Assembly (NCBI GenBank): GCA_013239625.1
Contig: MU054187.1
Span: 9,755,231 to 9,819,230, forward strand
Length of the DNA: 64,000 nt
Origin: Lama guanicoe
Lineage: Eukaryota
Direction of reading: 5' to 3'
Both the position numbers and the translations under genes were made by a program. The number at the start of each line of letters is the position of its first letter. The stretch's first letter is position 1. Below, piece by piece: positions 61,529 to 64,000 of the stretch. Below the pieces are notes generated by a model that made no database searches, was not told where the DNA came from, and saw nothing but the letters and a program-made list of their open reading frames with translations.

Positions 61529-61622
61529 ATGTCAAATCTAAAAATGAAAGAGGCAGCCCTCATCTATCTTGACAGAAGTGGAAGCCTCCAGAAATTCATA
61601 GATGATTGCAAATCCTACAATG
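61529..61622 (+). CDS. MCMDC2: MCMDC2 coding exon 1 (exon including UTR probably starts at 61432)
   Basis: In-frame TAG at 61520-61522 upstream of ATG. Donor ATG|GTATGT. Acceptor TTCTAG| at 61431. Confidence 0.93.
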
Positions 61623-64000
61623 GTATGTTCAGCAAAAGTGACCTTATTTTAGAAACCTTAAAATAAAGTCCTACATGTCACTATCCTCATTTTTATATTT
61701 GTGTATTTTTACAGATTCAAAACAAAATTATGCTGTCTATCGATTCAATATTTTAATAAATCCCTCTGATATTGTTGAATTGGATGCTGAGCTTGGAAAT
61801 CACATTTTACACCAGCCTTTAAAAGCAGCCCAAGTTTTTCAATCAGTAAGTTAAAAAAAGAAATAATTTTATGCCACGTGGAATTTTTGGTAACTTCTTT
61901 GGTTTTTCTGTTTGAACTCATAGGTATGTTTTATTGCTGTTAAGACTCTCTCATTAATTGGACAATTACAGACTGAAAATCAAGTAAGTTTTAGTTAAAT
62001 TTAACAAAGAAAACTAAGGTATAATACTTTCAAGATGATTTGTAAAGGAATATTTTTATATTCATATATATTTTTATTAAAATATTTGTTTAAAGTTCAG
62101 TGGACTATCTTACATACACATCTTTACTTCCTGTATTATCACTTACAACATTGGACATTTTTATAATAAAACATTTCAAACATACCCCAAACTAAAGAGA
62201 ATAATACAATGAACCTCCATATATTGCTCAAATTTAGTAGTTTACAATATTTTGCCACCATCAGTTTTTTCTGAAATGTTTTAAAACACATCTTTAAAAT
62301 ATATTCTGTATTTTACCCCTTCATAATTCAATATGTATCAACTATGTATCAACCTCTAAAAATTGTGGACATTTTTATTGTATAACCACAATACAATTAT
62401 TACTCCCTAGGAAAAAAATTCCTTGGTATTATCTAATTCAGTCCATATTTAAATTTACTCAGTTGGGGTCTCAGGAATGTCTCATGGTTGATTTGTTCAA
62501 ATCAGGATCAAAACAAGGGGTACATATTATAACTCGTTCTTACATCTCACTATGTCTCTTTCAGTCTAGAGCCATTTCCTCCCCCTCCCTTTTTATGCCA
62601 TTGAATTTTTACAGAAACTAGTTAATACCTGTAAAATGTCTCATAATCTGGACTTGTCTGATTATGTCTTGTAGTATGTAACTTATTCCCCTAGACCCTC
62701 TATTTCTGGAAAATAGAAGTTGGCTCTAAAGACTTGCTTGGATTCAAATTCAGCTAATTTTGATGAGCATACATCATAGTGTCGTGTGCTTCATACTGCA
62801 CTATGTTAGGAGAACTATCCTATCTGTGTCTCACCTTAGCAGTGGCACAAATGATCAGTGGCTTTGGATGATATCAGTGTGATGCCTCCAATATACAGTC
62901 TCCCATCAGCTTTCACCTAGTGGTTTTTATAGCCATTGGTGATCGTTGCCTTAGATTCTATTATTTCATTAGGAGTTAGAAAATTTGTGATTTTTCTAAT
63001 TTTAGCAAGCTTTCTAAATTTATTAGTTGAAATTATCCTTTAAAAGAGGTTTTCTCTTGTCAACTATTTGATTACCCTGAGATACAATTTGTATAGGAAA
63101 GGCAGAATAAATGTTTGATTCTTTCCATTTATAAATTTTCAGAATGATGAGATGAAATATATCAGCCTCTGATGATAACTAGTAATTTTTTTGGTTTTGT
63201 TTTTCCTTTTTTTTTAATTTTGAGGAACTATATGAATTTTTAAACGTATTTAATATGTTTTGATCAATCTTTGTCATTCTTTCTGATGCTTGTATTATCT
63301 ACCTTTGGTCATTGGAAACTCCTTAAAGTTTGTTCCTAATGTCCTTTGGACACATGTCAGTTTTTAAAACCCCCCTCTAGTTTCTGTCACAAGGAGACTC
63401 ACCGGTTCATCTAATGTATTTTTTGCCTCAGACCTGGAACCAGCCATTTCCTCTAAGGAGCCCTGGCTCCTCTTAGTGAGAAATTACATTCAGAGATCAT
63501 AATCTGGGCACTAGAAGTGTTCATTGCTATTGGGTTGTTATTGTTTTATCAGTCTGTTCAGTGGATATAGCCAAGGAATGTGTATTTTTTTTAAAGAAAA
63601 TAATGTTTATAATGATATTTTCAATTAAAATACAAGATTATAAGGATCTTGCATCTTTAATTTTATATTTGAATCTCTTTTTCTTAATGCTTAAAAATTT
63701 GGTTCCTAATACTACTAACAAATCATTTAGTTGATTTATTATATTCTTAGTATATTATAATGCAAGTACAGTTGGATCTACAATTTTTGTTAATACCATT
63801 TTTGTGTTCCTATTAGATTAATATAGTGCTGAAGTTAACACACTTACCTCCTCTGCCAAGTTATAGTCTTGATCTTTGTCACTTTCCACTTGATTATACA
63901 TCTCAAAGATTTTATATGATGCAAGGAATTGTGATTGCAATGACAACTGTAACCAAGTATACACAAGGTGCAAGATTTCTTTGTTCAGATGAAGCATGCC
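61529..64000 (+). CDS. MCMDC2: Minichromosome maintenance domain-containing protein 2, 5' partial: join(61529..61622,61715..61845,61924..61983,63817..>64000)
   Basis: Translation MSNLKMKEAALIYLDRSGSLQKFIDDCKSYNDSKQNYAVYRFNILINPSDIVELDAELGNHILHQPLKAAQVFQSVCFIAVKTLSLIGQLQTENQINIVLKLTHLPPLPSYSLDLCHFPLDYTSQRFYMMQGIVIAMTTVTKYTQGARFLCSDEAC matches the recalled MCMDC2 N-terminus. GT-AG introns in phase. SGK3-MCMDC2 adjacency matches known mammalian synteny. Confidence 0.95.
61715..61845 (+). CDS. MCMDC2: MCMDC2 coding exon 2
   Basis: TACAG| acceptor, TCA|GTAAGT donor, 131 nt. Confidence 0.95.
61924..61983 (+). CDS. MCMDC2: MCMDC2 coding exon 3 (VCFIAVKTLSLIGQLQTENQ)
   Basis: CATAG| acceptor, CAA|GTAAGT donor, 60 nt. 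Confidence 0.93.
62130..63730 (-). mobile_element. Old L1 (L1MC-like) 3'UTR filling most of the MCMDC2 intron
   Basis: Reverse-orientation counterpart of motifs at ~27.7-27.9 kb (CAGACCTGGAACCAGCCATTTCCTCTAAGGAGCCCTGG). Confidence 0.65.
63817..64000 (+). CDS. MCMDC2: MCMDC2 coding exon 4 (truncated by window end)
   Basis: ATTAG| acceptor; frame stays open to the end of the window. Confidence 0.93.
   Translation, partial: MNIVLKLTHLPPLPSYSLDLCHFPLDYTSQRFYMMQGIVIAMTTVTKYTQGARFLCSDEAC

Overview
Mammalian genomic DNA, most likely camelid (alpaca/camel), inferred from tRNA-derived Vic-1-like SINEs and the absence of Alu, B1, Bov-A or PRE-1 elements. The window holds the complete coding region of SGK3 (PX-domain AGC kinase) on the + strand. 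It has a CpG-island promoter and non-coding exon at ~2 kb, then 16 coding exons from 16107 to 54126 that I spliced by hand into an intact 1473-nt ORF (490 aa), and a long 3'UTR. Downstream lie the CpG-island promoter and first four coding exons of MCMDC2 (meiotic MCM paralog, + strand, runs off the window end). Introns are full of L1, L2, MIR, hAT and SINE remnants. I found no convincing novel multi-gene system. The best second-look items are: an internally deleted ERV-L provirus relic in SGK3 intron 1; two same-family L1 copies in direct orientation bracketing the whole SGK3 CDS, one inside the probable 3'UTR; a 15-codon uORF together with loss of the human-type first ATG; a ~60-nt polyadenylated micro-retrocopy; tandem and recursive-type splice sites; and an A-MYB/NRF1 module in the MCMDC2 promoter. 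Gene and repeat-family names come from recalled sequences, not database searches. Boundaries of old repeats are approximate.
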